Origin: Pseudomonadota bacterium
Lineage (GTDB): Bacteria; Pseudomonadota; Alphaproteobacteria; Rhodobacterales; Rhodobacteraceae
Direction: 5' to 3'
NCBI GenBank assembly: GCA_039026175.1
Contig: JBCCMW010000001.1
Span: 1 to 50,301, forward strand
Length of the DNA stretch: 50,301 nucleotides
Below, in pieces: positions 30,479 through 42,483 of the stretch; positions within the stretch are counted from its first letter, which is position 1, and every line of letters begins with the position of its first letter. Under the pieces are notes generated by a model, which did not search any database, had not been told where the DNA came from, and worked only from the letters and a program-made list of their open reading frames with translations. The translations under genes were made by a program, and so were the position numbers.

Positions 30479-31669
30479 GTGCACATCTTCGTCCAGGCAA
30501 CCGACGCCGACACGCCGCGCGCGGTCGAGCAGTTGACCGCCGCACTGGCGTCCGAGAGCGCGACGCCGCCCGACTTTCTGGCCGTCTATGCCAGTGCTGC
30601 GCACGACGGCGATCGCGTGCGTCGGCGCTTTGCCGCCGTCGGCGCGTCGGCGCTGCACGGCGGGACCTCGTGCCTGGGCGTGATGGCCGGAGGGCGGATG
30701 CGTGCCGACGGCGGCCGTGGCATCGGCTGCTTTGCGCTGTGGGATGCGGATGGTGCCTTCGGCACGGGGCTCGCCGCCCTGGGCGACGATCCGCGCGCCG
30801 CCGCCCGCGACGCCGTCGCGCGCGCGCTGGACCGGGCGGAGCGGCCCGGGGAAGCGCCGGAGCTGGTCTGGCTGACGGCCGCCCCAGGCGCCGAGGAGGC
30901 GCTGATCGCCGGCATCGAAGATGTCGTGGGCGCCAACGTACCCATCCTGGGCGGCAGTGCGGCCGACAACGACCTGAGCGGTGCCTGGCAGGTGTTCGAT
31001 GCCGAGGCGTCGGTGGGCGCAGGCGTCGCCATCTCGGTCCTGTTCCCCTCGCGCCCGGTCGCGACGGCCTATCAAAGCGGCTATGCCCCAACCGAAACCG
31101 CGGGCACCGTGAGCCGCGTCGAGGGGCGTCGGGTCTACGAGATCGACGGCCGCGCTGCGAGCGCCGTCTATGCCGACTGGACCCATGGCGCCGTGGCGCC
31201 CGACGCCTCGACGGGGCCCGCCACGATCCTGTCGGCGAGCACGCTGCATCCGCTGGGCCGGCATGTGGGCGACGTGGCGGATGTGCCGTTCTATGTGCTG
31301 GCCCACCCGGCCACGGCCCACCCCGACGGGTCCATCGAGCTCTTTGCCGATGTCCAGCCGGGCGAGCGGCTGACGCTGATGACGGGCTCGTCCGACAGCC
31401 TGGTGCGCCGCGCGGGTCGGGTCGCGGCCCTCGCGGCCCAGCGCGGCGGGATCGCCCGGGACGAAATCGCCGGCGCGCTGGTGATCTTTTGCGGCGGCTG
31501 CATGCTGGCGGTGCGCGAGCGGATGGACGAGGTGGCCGGCGCGGTCGACCGCGCGCTGGGCGGGGCACCCTCGCTCGGCATCTTTACGTTCGGCGAACAG
31601 GGCGCCGTCCTGGGCGAGCGCAACAGGCACGGAAACCTAATGATTTCGTGCGTTACCTTCGCACGCTAG
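30479..31669 (+). CDS. FIST signal transduction protein (FIST-N and FIST-C)
   Basis: LHGGTSCLG, PGAEE, ILGGSAADNDL, VYEIDGR, IFCGGC, FTFGEQG, HGNLMIS; GTG start after GGAGG. Confidence 0.88.
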   Translation: MHIFVQATDADTPRAVEQLTAALASESATPPDFLAVYASAAHDGDRVRRRFAAVGASALHGGTSCLGVMAGGRMRADGGRGIGCFALWDADGAFGTGLAALGDDPRAAARDAVARALDRAERPGEAPELVWLTAAPGAEEALIAGIEDVVGANVPILGGSAADNDLSGAWQVFDAEASVGAGVAISVLFPSRPVATAYQSGYAPTETAGTVSRVEGRRVYEIDGRAASAVYADWTHGAVAPDASTGPATILSASTLHPLGRHVGDVADVPFYVLAHPATAHPDGSIELFADVQPGERLTLMTGSSDSLVRRAGRVAALAAQRGGIARDEIAGALVIFCGGCMLAVRERMDEVAGAVDRALGGAPSLGIFTFGEQGAVLGERNRHGNLMISCVTFAR

Positions 31670-31720
31670 CCCTCGGCCATTGACCGTCGGCAGCGATGGC
31701 AGGCGGTTGGATCATCGGGG

Positions 31721-34594
31721 ATGACCGACAAGGACGAAGCCCTGCGTGAGGCGCTGATCGAACTCAAGCTCCTGCGCGAGCGGGAGGCAGCAGCCCTGCG
31801 CGAGAGCAACGCGCTGCTCGAAGGCCTGTCGGGCATGAACGCGGCCGAAACGCCGGACGAGGCGGTGCCGCAGCTTCTGGGTGCGATCCGCGCCAGCCTG
31901 GGCTGCGATGCCGTGGTCCTGCTGTCCGGTCCCAGGGGCCGCGGCGCCATCAGCCACGCCACCGATCCGGCGCTGATCGGCGTCGCCATGGGCGACGCGC
32001 CGGGCGCGCGCACGCGGCCGATGCGGGTGGCCGACACGCGACGCGTGGATGCCTGGCAGGGGCTTGCGGTGCCGCTGAGCGACTATCGAGCGGTGCTGTC
32101 GGTGCCCATCGCCATGCCGGACGAGCGGTTGAGCGCGATTGTCTGCTTCTCGCGCGCGCCGGCGGCCTTCACCTCGGGCGACCAGCGGCTGCTGCGGCGG
32201 CTCTCGGTCCTTGCCGCCCAGGGTCTCGAGACTCTGCGGTTGGCCGAGCGCAACGCGTTGCTGGCCGGGGTGATCGACGGCTCGTCGGCCAGCGTCGCCA
32301 TCGCCGATGCGACGCGCGAAGAGCTGCCGCTGGTCTATGTGAACGACGCCTTTCTGGCGCTCAGCGGGTATGCGCGCGACGAGGTGCTGGGCGCGAACTG
32401 CCGTTTTCTGTCGGCCGAGGACGCCGACAGTCGCGAGCGCACGCGCCTGCGCGACGCGATCCGGGCGCGCGGGTCGGGGACCTTCACGCTGCTCAACCGC
32501 CGCCGCGACGGAACGCTGTTCTGGAACCGGCTGACGCTGTTTGCGGTGCGCGACCGTGGCGGGCGCGCGACCCACCTGGTCGCCACCCAGACCGACATCA
32601 CGGCCGAGCGGGCCGCCGCGGCCGAGCGCGACACGGCACGGCGGCGCCTGATCTCGGCGCTGTCGGCCACGTCCGAGGGGTTCATCGTGCTAGACCCCGC
32701 CGGCGCCGTCGTCTTTGCCAACCCCGCCTACCGGGACTTCTTCGACGAGACCGGCGGTCTGTTCACCGACGGCACCCGCTTTGTCGATGCCTGGGCCCGG
32801 CGTCTGATGGCGCTCGGGCTGGGCCAGCCGACGGCGCGGACCCAGGCGCGGGCCAGGCTGAACGCGCTGTTCGGCGGCGCCGAGGATCGCGAGGAGGCGC
32901 TGCCCGACGGGCGCATCCTGCTGGTCAACGACCGCCCCACCGACGACGGCGGTGCCGTCTCGATCGCCACCGACATCACCGCGCTCAAGGTCACCGAGCG
33001 GGTGCTGGCCCAGCGCGCTGCGGCGATCGACGCCACCCAGGACGGTATCGCGGTGACCGACGAGGACGGTCGCTTCGTCTATATGAACCCCGCCCATCTG
33101 GCGATGTTCGGCTACGAGGCCGAAACCGAGGTGCTGGGCCGGCCCTGGGGCATCCTGTACGCGCCCGAAGATGCCGAGCGGATCGAGCGCGAGGGCATGC
33201 CGATGCTGCTCGCCTCGGGGCGCTGGCGCGGCGAGATACCGGGGCGCACCAAGACGGGCGCCGTCGTGGAACAGGAGGCGTCGCTGACCTTCCTGCAGGG
33301 TATCGGCATCGTGTGCGTGACCCGCGACGTGGGCGAGCGGCGGCGGGCCGAGCGCGAGCGCGAGCGCCTCGGCGATCAGCTCCAGACAGCGCAGCGGCGC
33401 GAGGCGATCGGGCAGCTCGCCGCCGGCGTCGCGCACGATTTCAACAACCTGCTGTCGGTGATCGGCACCAGCACGGCGCTGCTGGAACCCGATCTGTCGC
33501 AGGACCCCGGCAAGGCCGGCCACATCGCCCGGATCGGTGCCGCGGCCGAGCGGGCGGCTGCTCTGGTCCGGCGCCTGATGGATCTGGCCGGCAAGAGCAC
33601 CGAGACGCGGCGGATCGACATGCGCACGGTGCTGCGCGAGGCGTCCGATCTGCTGCGCGCCGGCATGCCGGGCTCGGTCTCGATGACCGTCGAGATGCCG
33701 GACACCGCGGTCGAGGTCGACGCCGATCCCACCGAGATGCTGCAGGTGATCCTGAACCTGGGCATCAACGCACGCGACGCGCTGGGGCCGGGAGGAGGTG
33801 GCGTCGCCCTGCGGCTATGCCCGCCCTGCGATGGCGAGGGGCGCAGCGGGGCCGCGGCGGACCCCCTGATCGGCATCGTCCAGGCGGGCACCCGCTATGC
33901 CGCGATCGAGGTCGCCGACACGGGCAAGGGCATGGGCGAGGGCGAGCGCCAGCGGATCTTCGAACCTTACTACACCACCAAGGGCAGCGAGGGGACGGGC
34001 CTGGGCCTCGTCGTCGTCTCCAGCGTCGTCGCCAAGGTGGGCGGGGCGGTCGACGTGGTCTCGGCGCCGGGACGCGGCAGCACCTTCCGCATCTATTGGC
34101 CCTTGGACCATGCGGCCGTCGCACACCCGCCCGACGGGGAAGAGACCATCGCCGTCGACCTGCACGGGATGCTCGTCCTGGTGTGCGACGACCTGCCGGA
34201 CGTCGGCCGCAGCATCGCAGCCCTGTTGGAGCAGGCCGGGGCCGAGGTCGCCGTCTGCGAGGATCCGCGCGACGCCCTGGACGCGGTGACCGAGGATCCG
34301 GGGAGCTGGGGCCTGGTGATCACCGACTACGACATGCCCGGGATGACCGGCGCCGAGCTGGCCGAGGCGGTGCGCCGCTTGGCGCCCGCGATGCCGATCG
34401 TGCTGTGCAGCGCCCTGGCCGAGGCTCAGCGCCACGCAGCCCGGGCGGATGCCGTGCTGGCCAAACCTGTGACGCCCGCCCGATTGCAGGCGGCGGTTGC
34501 GCGCGCCATTTTTGCGCGGGGGAGGGACGCCTCGGCACGGGACGCCTCGGCACGGGGCGCGCTGAGGCACCCAGTGGGGGCGGTGGAGCGGTGA
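31721..34594 (+). CDS. Hybrid sensor histidine kinase (GAF-like, LOV-type PAS, two PAS, HisKA, HATPase, REC)
   Basis: GANCRFLS, H-box AHDFNNLL, QVILNLGINARDA, DTGKGM, FEPYYTTK, GTGLGL, receiver ITDYDMPGMTG. Confidence 0.93.
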   Translation: MTDKDEALREALIELKLLREREAAALRESNALLEGLSGMNAAETPDEAVPQLLGAIRASLGCDAVVLLSGPRGRGAISHATDPALIGVAMGDAPGARTRPMRVADTRRVDAWQGLAVPLSDYRAVLSVPIAMPDERLSAIVCFSRAPAAFTSGDQRLLRRLSVLAAQGLETLRLAERNALLAGVIDGSSASVAIADATREELPLVYVNDAFLALSGYARDEVLGANCRFLSAEDADSRERTRLRDAIRARGSGTFTLLNRRRDGTLFWNRLTLFAVRDRGGRATHLVATQTDITAERAAAAERDTARRRLISALSATSEGFIVLDPAGAVVFANPAYRDFFDETGGLFTDGTRFVDAWARRLMALGLGQPTARTQARARLNALFGGAEDREEALPDGRILLVNDRPTDDGGAVSIATDITALKVTERVLAQRAAAIDATQDGIAVTDEDGRFVYMNPAHLAMFGYEAETEVLGRPWGILYAPEDAERIEREGMPMLLASGRWRGEIPGRTKTGAVVEQEASLTFLQGIGIVCVTRDVGERRRAERERERLGDQLQTAQRREAIGQLAAGVAHDFNNLLSVIGTSTALLEPDLSQDPGKAGHIARIGAAAERAAALVRRLMDLAGKSTETRRIDMRTVLREASDLLRAGMPGSVSMTVEMPDTAVEVDADPTEMLQVILNLGINARDALGPGGGGVALRLCPPCDGEGRSGAAADPLIGIVQAGTRYAAIEVADTGKGMGEGERQRIFEPYYTTKGSEGTGLGLVVVSSVVAKVGGAVDVVSAPGRGSTFRIYWPLDHAAVAHPPDGEETIAVDLHGMLVLVCDDLPDVGRSIAALLEQAGAEVAVCEDPRDALDAVTEDPGSWGLVITDYDMPGMTGAELAEAVRRLAPAMPIVLCSALAEAQRHAARADAVLAKPVTPARLQAAVARAIFARGRDASARDASARGALRHPVGAVER

Positions 34595-35205
34595 GGATCC
34601 TGCTGGCCGACGACCACGAGCTTGTCCGCGACACGATCCGGGCGTTCCTGGAAAACCAGGGCGGCTTCGAGCTGTCGGTGGCCGAGGATCTGCCAGGCGC
34701 ACGCGCGCTGATCGAGGCCGAGGGACCGTTCGATCTGGTGCTGCTCGACTACGCGATGCCCGGCATGGACGGTCTTCTGGGTCTGGACCAGGCGCGAGCG
34801 CTCAACGCCGGCCAGCCCGTGGCGCTGATGTCCGGCACGGCGAACAAGAGCGTGGCGCAGGAGGCGCTGGACCGCGGCGCTGCCGGCTTTCTGCCCAAGA
34901 CGATGGCGGCGAAGTCGCTGCTGAACGCGGTGCGCTTTATGGCGATGGGCGAAAAGTACGCGCCCTTGGATTTCATGACCGCCGCCGAGCCGGAGGAGGT
35001 GCACCCGCTCGCCGCCTCGATGTCCGAGCGCGAGCGCCAGGTGCTAATGCGGCTCTGCCGCGGCCTCTCGAACAAGGAGATCGCGCGCGAGCTCGACCTG
35101 CAGGAGGTGACCATCAAGCTGCACGTCAAGACGCTCTGTCGCAAGCTGGACGCCCGCAACCGCACGCAGGCGGCGATGATCGCCAAGGATGCAGGCCTGT
35201 TCTGA
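34591..35205 (+). CDS. NarL/LuxR family response regulator
   Basis: ILLADDHELVR, LLDYAMPGMDG, GFLPK, GLSNKEIARELDLQEVTIKLHV; GTGA overlap with the kinase stop. Confidence 0.93.
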   Translation: MRILLADDHELVRDTIRAFLENQGGFELSVAEDLPGARALIEAEGPFDLVLLDYAMPGMDGLLGLDQARALNAGQPVALMSGTANKSVAQEALDRGAAGFLPKTMAAKSLLNAVRFMAMGEKYAPLDFMTAAEPEEVHPLAASMSERERQVLMRLCRGLSNKEIARELDLQEVTIKLHVKTLCRKLDARNRTQAAMIAKDAGLF

Positions 35206-35206
35206 C

Positions 35207-35226
35207 ACCCGACGATCCCGTCGGGT
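35207..35226 (+). terminator. Hairpin immediately after the response regulator
   Basis: ACCCGACG-ATCC-CGTCGGGT stem with a weak U-tract. Confidence 0.4.
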
Positions 35227-35484
35227 TGGCGGCGCGCCCGTTGGACCGCCGCGATGCCCCCTTGCCCCCAACGCGCCCCGCGCAAGGGGCTGTTTACCCG
35301 TCGTTGTCCGAGTGGGGGCCGCGATGAACGCCTGTGTCGAGGCTCAGGAACCGGTGCTGGGGCTGCGCGCGGCGCGCGGCTGACGGGCGCAACGCGCACC
35401 GGCCCTGCGCTGCGGGTGTGCATCGTCGACCAGACCGGCCTGGTCGTCTTGCAGGTTCGCGGTCGACCGCCGCGGGCCGCCCAG

Positions 35485-35532
35485 ACGCGGGCCCAGGCGC
35501 GGGCCCAGGCGCGGGACGAGGCGCGGGACGAG
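35485..35532. repeat. Four tandem 12-nt repeats
   Basis: (A/G)CGCGGGCCCAG twice, then GCGCGGGACGAG twice. Confidence 0.75.
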
Positions 35533-35623
35533 GTGTGGGCCGCGGCGTTTCCGGCGGATCGGCAGGCGCTGTGGCGGGACCAAGGGACCCGCCGGTCCGC
35601 GAGCGCGCGCAGCGGAGCGGCGT

Positions 35624-36262
35624 TCAATCGTCGTAGAGGCGGTTCTTGTCGTTGTGCTCGAACAGCGCGGTCACCTCGTCCAGCGGATAGCCGCGGCCGG
35701 TGTGATCGACGTTCGCCTCGGCATAGGTCGGCAACCCATCGGTCGGCGCGGCCCGGTCCGGCGCCCACAGACCCGAGCGGATGATCGCCTTGCCGCAGTG
35801 GTAGAAGGCCTCCTCGACGCGCACCAGCACCGCCAGATCGGGCACCCGGCCCTTGATCGCCATGCTCTCGCGCAGATGGGCGTCGCGCACGACTTGGGCG
35901 GTCCCGTTCACGCGCACCGTCTCGTTGCGGTTCGGCACAAAGAAGATCAGCCCTACCCGGCCGGTCTGGAAGATGTTGATGAACCCGTCGAAGCGACGGT
36001 TGCCGGGGCGGTCCGGGATGGCGAGCGTCTTGTCGTCCAGCACCTTGACGAAACCCGCCGGGTCGCCCTTGGGCGAACAGTCGAGCCTGCCCTCGGCATC
36101 GGACGTGGTCATCACCAGGAACGGCGAGCGTTCGATCCAGACACGGCAGTGCCGGTCGATATGGTCGATAATCTTGACGTCCTGCGTGCCGTTTGGTGGC
36201 CGCGGCACCAGGGCGCGAAGCTCCTCCTCGCTGGCGACGATATCGGTCGGCTCATAGGGCAT
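35624..36262 (-). CDS. Pyridoxamine 5'-phosphate oxidase-like FMN-binding protein (MSMEG_1061-like)
   Basis: DCSPKGDPAGFV, IPDRPGNRRFD, ETVRVNG, EEAFYHCGKAIIRSGLW. Confidence 0.88.
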   Translation of the reverse strand: MPYEPTDIVASEEELRALVPRPPNGTQDVKIIDHIDRHCRVWIERSPFLVMTTSDAEGRLDCSPKGDPAGFVKVLDDKTLAIPDRPGNRRFDGFINIFQTGRVGLIFFVPNRNETVRVNGTAQVVRDAHLRESMAIKGRVPDLAVLVRVEEAFYHCGKAIIRSGLWAPDRAAPTDGLPTYAEANVDHTGRGYPLDEVTALFEHNDKNRLYDD

Positions 36263-36327
36263 GGCGTGGCACCTCGCGCGTGCGGGCGACCATGCTGGCA
36301 CCCGGCGTTGCGACGATCAATTCCGCC

Positions 36328-36387
36328 CGCCACCGCATCGCTCGCCACCGCATCGCCCGCCACCGCATCGCCCGCCACCGCATCGCC
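36328..36387. repeat. Four tandem 15-nt repeats
   Basis: CGCCACCGCATCGC(C/T) four times, intergenic. Confidence 0.85.
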
Positions 36388-36398
36388 AACCCGCGCGG

Positions 36399-37156
36399 TC
36401 AGCTCTTCAACCGATAGCCGGTTTTGAACACCCACCAGATCACGCCCAGGCAGGCGAGCAGAAAGACGAAGATGCAGACCAGGCTGACCGCGACCGGGAC
36501 GTCCGCGCTGCCGTAGAAGCTCCAGCGAAAGCCCGAGATCAGATAGAGTACCGGATTGAACAGCGTCACCGTCTGCCACACCGGCGGCAGCATCGAGATC
36601 GAGTAGAAGCTGCCGCCCAGGAACACGAGCGGCGTGATGATCAAGAGCGGCACGAACTGCAGCTGCTCGAAATCCTTGGCCCAGAGCCCGATGATAAAGC
36701 CGAACAGGCTGAACGAGACGCAGGACAGCAGCAGGAACGCCAGCATCCAGATCGGATGCTCGATGCGCAGCGGTACGAACATGCTGGCGGTCGCCAGGAT
36801 GATCAGCGCGATCGACATCGATTTGGTCGCCGCCGCGCCGACATAGCCGATGACGATTTCGGCGTGGCCCACCGGGGCCGAAAGGAGCTCGTACACGGTG
36901 CCCAGAAAGCGCGGGAAATAGATCCCGAACGAGGCGTTCGAGACGCTCTGCGTCAGCACCGTCAGCATGATGAGCCCCGGCACGATGAAGGCGCCGTAGC
37001 TGACGCCCTCCACGCTCTCGATCCGCGAGCCGATGGCCGAGCCGAACACGACGAAGTAAAGCGAGGTCGAGAGCACCGGCGACACGACGCTCTGCGCCAG
37101 GGTGCGAAAAGTCCGACCCATCTCGAACAGATAGATCGCTCGGATGGCGTGCAGGT

Positions 37157-37160
<4 letters not shown>
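36399..37160 (-). CDS. ABC-2 type transporter permease (YadH-like)
   Basis: [54 protein letters not shown]. Confidence 0.9.
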
Positions 37161-38083
<923 letters not shown>

Positions 38084-38652
38084 CGAGGCTGCCCGTATCG
38101 AAAGCTGGTCGACCCGTGGTCTAGCGACCTCGGCGCGCCGCTCCAACCCCGGCCGGTGCCGCGGGCCCACCGTCGGACCACAGCCATTCCGCGATGCGCG
38201 GGTCTTCGTCGGTCGGGGCGCGACAGGCGCCGCGGATGTCGGTGAGCTTGCTGGGGTGGGTCTGGCCTGCCGGAAGGCCAGGCGGACGATGTCCATCCAG
38301 TTGTGGGCGCGGCGCCCGCGGACGGCGACGATCTCTTCGGAGGCCGCGCTCGGCGACGGATCGGTGACCTTGGGGATATCGCGCTCGAGCCGAGGCGCGG
38401 CTGCATCCGTCCGGTCGGTGTCAAACACTGGCGCTGGTCCAGTGCACCTCTCCGGCCGCGCGCCCGGGTTGCGGCTGCGGTGCTCCCAAGCACGGTGTGC
38501 TATGGGCACCGCGCGCGCCGGGCAGGACGGCCTCCCCGCGCACGGCGATCTGGGGAGACGCTTGGCATGCGCCGCGCGGGGCAGGGCCGCCACGCGGCGC
38601 GGGGCGCTGCGCGCAGGCCAGGCTACGCGCGATCGCGGGTGGCGACGCTGCG

Positions 38653-39954
<1,302 letters not shown>

Positions 39955-40241
39955 TCACATCTTGGATGCTCGGGCCAGAGCATGCCGTTGCGGAAGATCC
40001 GCGCGCCCGCGCGCGCGGCAGACGCGCGCGCGATTTCGGTCGCGCGGGGCATGTAGCCCACGCCGCGCACGAGCGTGGCGCTCAGGAGCAGTGCGCGTCC
40101 TTGGTCGCGGCAGGGACAACAGCCGTCGAAGCGGGCGTGTAGGGCGCCCCCGTAGACGCCGTCACATCGGCTTCGCACTCTCCCGGCGGCGGATCGCGCT
40201 GGGCGGTCTGGGCGCCTGCACGACCCGGTATCGAGCCTGCG

Positions 40242-41459
40242 TCATGCCGCGGCCGACGTGCGGCGCCAGACGGGGAAGGGGTCCGGCAGGTCGGGCAGCG
40301 CGTCGGGCCCCGGCCCCATATGCTCGGGCAGCAGGCAGGCGTCGAGCTTGGCCTGCAGGCGCGCCCAGTCGATGTCGGCACCGATGAACACGATCTCCTG
40401 GCGACGGTCGCCCCAGGGCTCCTCCCAGTGCCGCGCCATGTAGGCGCGCGCGCTCTGGTGGTCGGGCCAGCGCTCCTTGGGCACGGCGGCCCACCAGGTG
40501 CCAAGCGGTTTGAGCGACGACAGCGAGCCCGCCAGCGAGAACTCGGCCACCCACGAGGGCCGCGTGGCCAGCCACAGGTGTCCCTTGGCGCGGATCACGC
40601 CCGGCATCTTGTCGGTCAGCGCGGCTTGGATCTTCTCGGGCACAAAGGGGCGGCGCGCGCGATACACGTAGCTGCGGACGCCATACTCCTCGGTCTCGGA
40701 CACATGGTCGGCAAAGCCGTACAGCTCCTTGGCCCACATCGGGTGCTCGTGCGCCCTGTCGAAGTCGAAGAGGCCGGTGTCCAGGATGCGCTCCGCCGGG
40801 ACGTCGGCATAGCTCGTCTCGATGATCTGCGCGTCGGCGTTCAGACTGCGGATGATCTTGCGCGCGGCGTCCACCTGCACGGGCGCGGCATCGGCGACCT
40901 TGTTCAGGATCACGACGTCGGCGAACTCGATCTGGTCGGTTAGCAGATCGACCAACGTGCGCTCATCCTCCTCGCCCATGGTCTCGCCCCGATCGCTGAG
41001 AAAATCCTGGCTGGCGTAGTCGCGGAGCAGGTTTACCGCGTCGACGACCGTCACCATGGTGTCGAGCCGGGCAACGTCGGACAGGCTGTCACCGTCCTCG
41101 TCGCGAAATTCGAAGGTAGCCGCCACCGGCAGCGGCTCCGAGATGCCGGTCGACTCGATCAGCAGATAGTCAAAGCGCCCTTCGCCCGCGAGGCGCCTGA
41201 CCTCGGAAAGCAGATCGTCGCGCAGCGTGCAGCAAATGCAGCCGTTCGACATCTCGACGAGCGTCTCGTCGGTGCGGCTGAGATCGGTGTCGGCGCGCAC
41301 GAGGTCGGCATCGATGTTCACCTCGGACATGTCGTTCACGATGACGGCGACGCGCCGGCCCTCGCGGTTGTTCAGGACGCGGTTCAGAAGGGTCGTTTTC
41401 CCGGCGCCCAGAAACCCGGAAAGCACGGTGACTGGCAGGCGGCTCGCTAGCTGGTTCAT
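40242..41459 (-). CDS. COG0523/CobW-family G3E GTPase metallochaperone (ZigA/YciC-like)
   Basis: [33 protein letters not shown] (CxCC), [24 protein letters not shown]. Confidence 0.94.
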   Translation of the reverse strand: MNQLASRLPVTVLSGFLGAGKTTLLNRVLNNREGRRVAVIVNDMSEVNIDADLVRADTDLSRTDETLVEMSNGCICCTLRDDLLSEVRRLAGEGRFDYLLIESTGISEPLPVAATFEFRDEDGDSLSDVARLDTMVTVVDAVNLLRDYASQDFLSDRGETMGEEDERTLVDLLTDQIEFADVVILNKVADAAPVQVDAARKIIRSLNADAQIIETSYADVPAERILDTGLFDFDRAHEHPMWAKELYGFADHVSETEEYGVRSYVYRARRPFVPEKIQAALTDKMPGVIRAKGHLWLATRPSWVAEFSLAGSLSSLKPLGTWWAAVPKERWPDHQSARAYMARHWEEPWGDRRQEIVFIGADIDWARLQAKLDACLLPEHMGPGPDALPDLPDPFPVWRRTSAAA

Positions 41460-41497
41460 GGCGTGTGGCTCTGATGGCTGACAATGGCGGGGCAAGA

Positions 41498-41521
41498 TGC
41501 GTTACGTTATAAAGTAACGCA
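41498..41521. promoter_or_regulatory. Zur-box-like palindrome upstream of the COG0523 GTPase
   Basis: Core CGTTAT-AAA-GTAACG (41505-41519) within TGCGTTAC-N8-GTAACGCA; AT-rich island about 45 nt upstream of the ATG. Confidence 0.72.
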
Positions 41522-41712
41522 AGCTGCGCCGAGGGCACGGCCGGTCGGGCAGGAACCCTGGATCAGAGAAATGCACCCGGATGCCCCACCGGCAGCGCGC
41601 GGCCGGCATGGCCGCTTGTCCGCGCGACTAGCGGTACTGCGCGCCGAGGCCGGGCTGGACCGGGGGTTTGGAGAGGATCAGTCGCGGCCCATCGGTGGGC
41701 GCAGAGCGCCTG

Positions 41713-41928
41713 TCATTGGGCGAGGCGCGCCGCGGCCTCCTTGAACCACTCCAGGGTCTGGGCGTGGTGCGCCTCGCCCCACGTCTCGATGAACTTGCGG
41801 GTGTGGTAATCGTTGGCGTCCTGCAGCGCTGCGATCCGGCCCACCACAAAGTCTTGGGTCAGCGGGATGCCGCACGCCACGGTGATGCAGTGCTCCCACT
41901 CGTCGTACGTCGTCGGGACGATGGCCAT
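41713..41928 (-). CDS. Small hypothetical protein, 71 aa, with a WxHCITxxCG motif
   Basis: Strong GGAGG RBS, host-like codon usage, natural protein composition, co-oriented within the leftward arm. Confidence 0.78.
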   Translation of the reverse strand: MAIVPTTYDEWEHCITVACGIPLTQDFVVGRIAALQDANDYHTRKFIETWGEAHHAQTLEWFKEAAARLAQ

Positions 41929-42105
41929 GCTGTCCTCCCCTCATCCGGCGATCTGGGCATCCCCGCGCCGGCGATGCCCGAACATTGCCCGGCGATCCCT
42001 GCACCGGAATAAAATCTAGTCCGCGCCCTGCCCCGCCGCTGCACTGGGCGCCGCAGCAGCTGCCCGCCGGCGGTTTGGCGAGGCGACCGCCGGCTGGCGC
42101 AGCGC

Positions 42106-42483
42106 CTAGAGCGTGATGACCTGATCCGGCATCGCCGGTGCCAGGGCCGTGTAGAGCTGCGGAAAGCAGCCGGCCTGTACGCCGTCGACCACATCCTTGG
42201 GCACCACCGCGCCCGTGCCGCACTGGTGCAGCTCGCCATCGGCCATGTTGCGCTTGAGCGCGCACTGGTCGCAGACCATCAGCAGGATGTTCTTTTCGGC
42301 CGCGATCCGGGCCAGACGTTCGCCTACCGGGTCGCCCTTGCGCAGGACATAGAGGTTGTCGTCGAAGAAGAACATGCCGACGACCTCGACACCGTGCTGA
42401 CCGGCCTCCAGTTGCGGCAGGATCATCGTGGCGAGCTTGTAAGTCGCTGCCATATCGGTGGCGAAGACGTACGCGATTTTCAT
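42106..42483 (-). CDS. DsrE/TusD-like sulfur-relay fold protein (SaoD-like)
   Basis: 125 aa; MKIAYVF, GMFFFDDNLYVL, VCDQCALKR (DsrE-type Cys position), GCFP, DQVITL. Confidence 0.72.
   Translation of the reverse strand: MKIAYVFATDMAATYKLATMILPQLEAGQHGVEVVGMFFFDDNLYVLRKGDPVGERLARIAAEKNILLMVCDQCALKRNMADGELHQCGTGAVVPKDVVDGVQAGCFPQLYTALAPAMPDQVITL

Noticed and set aside
33313-35205. 630-aa ORF suggesting an extended response regulator
   Set aside because: The real gene starts at GTG 34591; the extension overlaps the kinase in another frame.
36328-36387. Short repeat arrays here and at 21131 and 35485 as possible CRISPR arrays
   Set aside because: They are direct tandem repeats with no unique spacers, and no cas genes are present.
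40242-41459. Cobalamin-biosynthesis CobW or nitrile hydratase activator, with a B12 riboswitch
   Set aside because: There are no cob or nitrile hydratase genes nearby and I found no B12-box motifs in the flanking gaps; the Zur-like box favours a zinc role.
42106-42483. Complete selenocysteine-associated SAO system or Dsr sulfur oxidation
   Set aside because: There is a single DsrE-like gene with no in-frame TGA and none of the partner genes.
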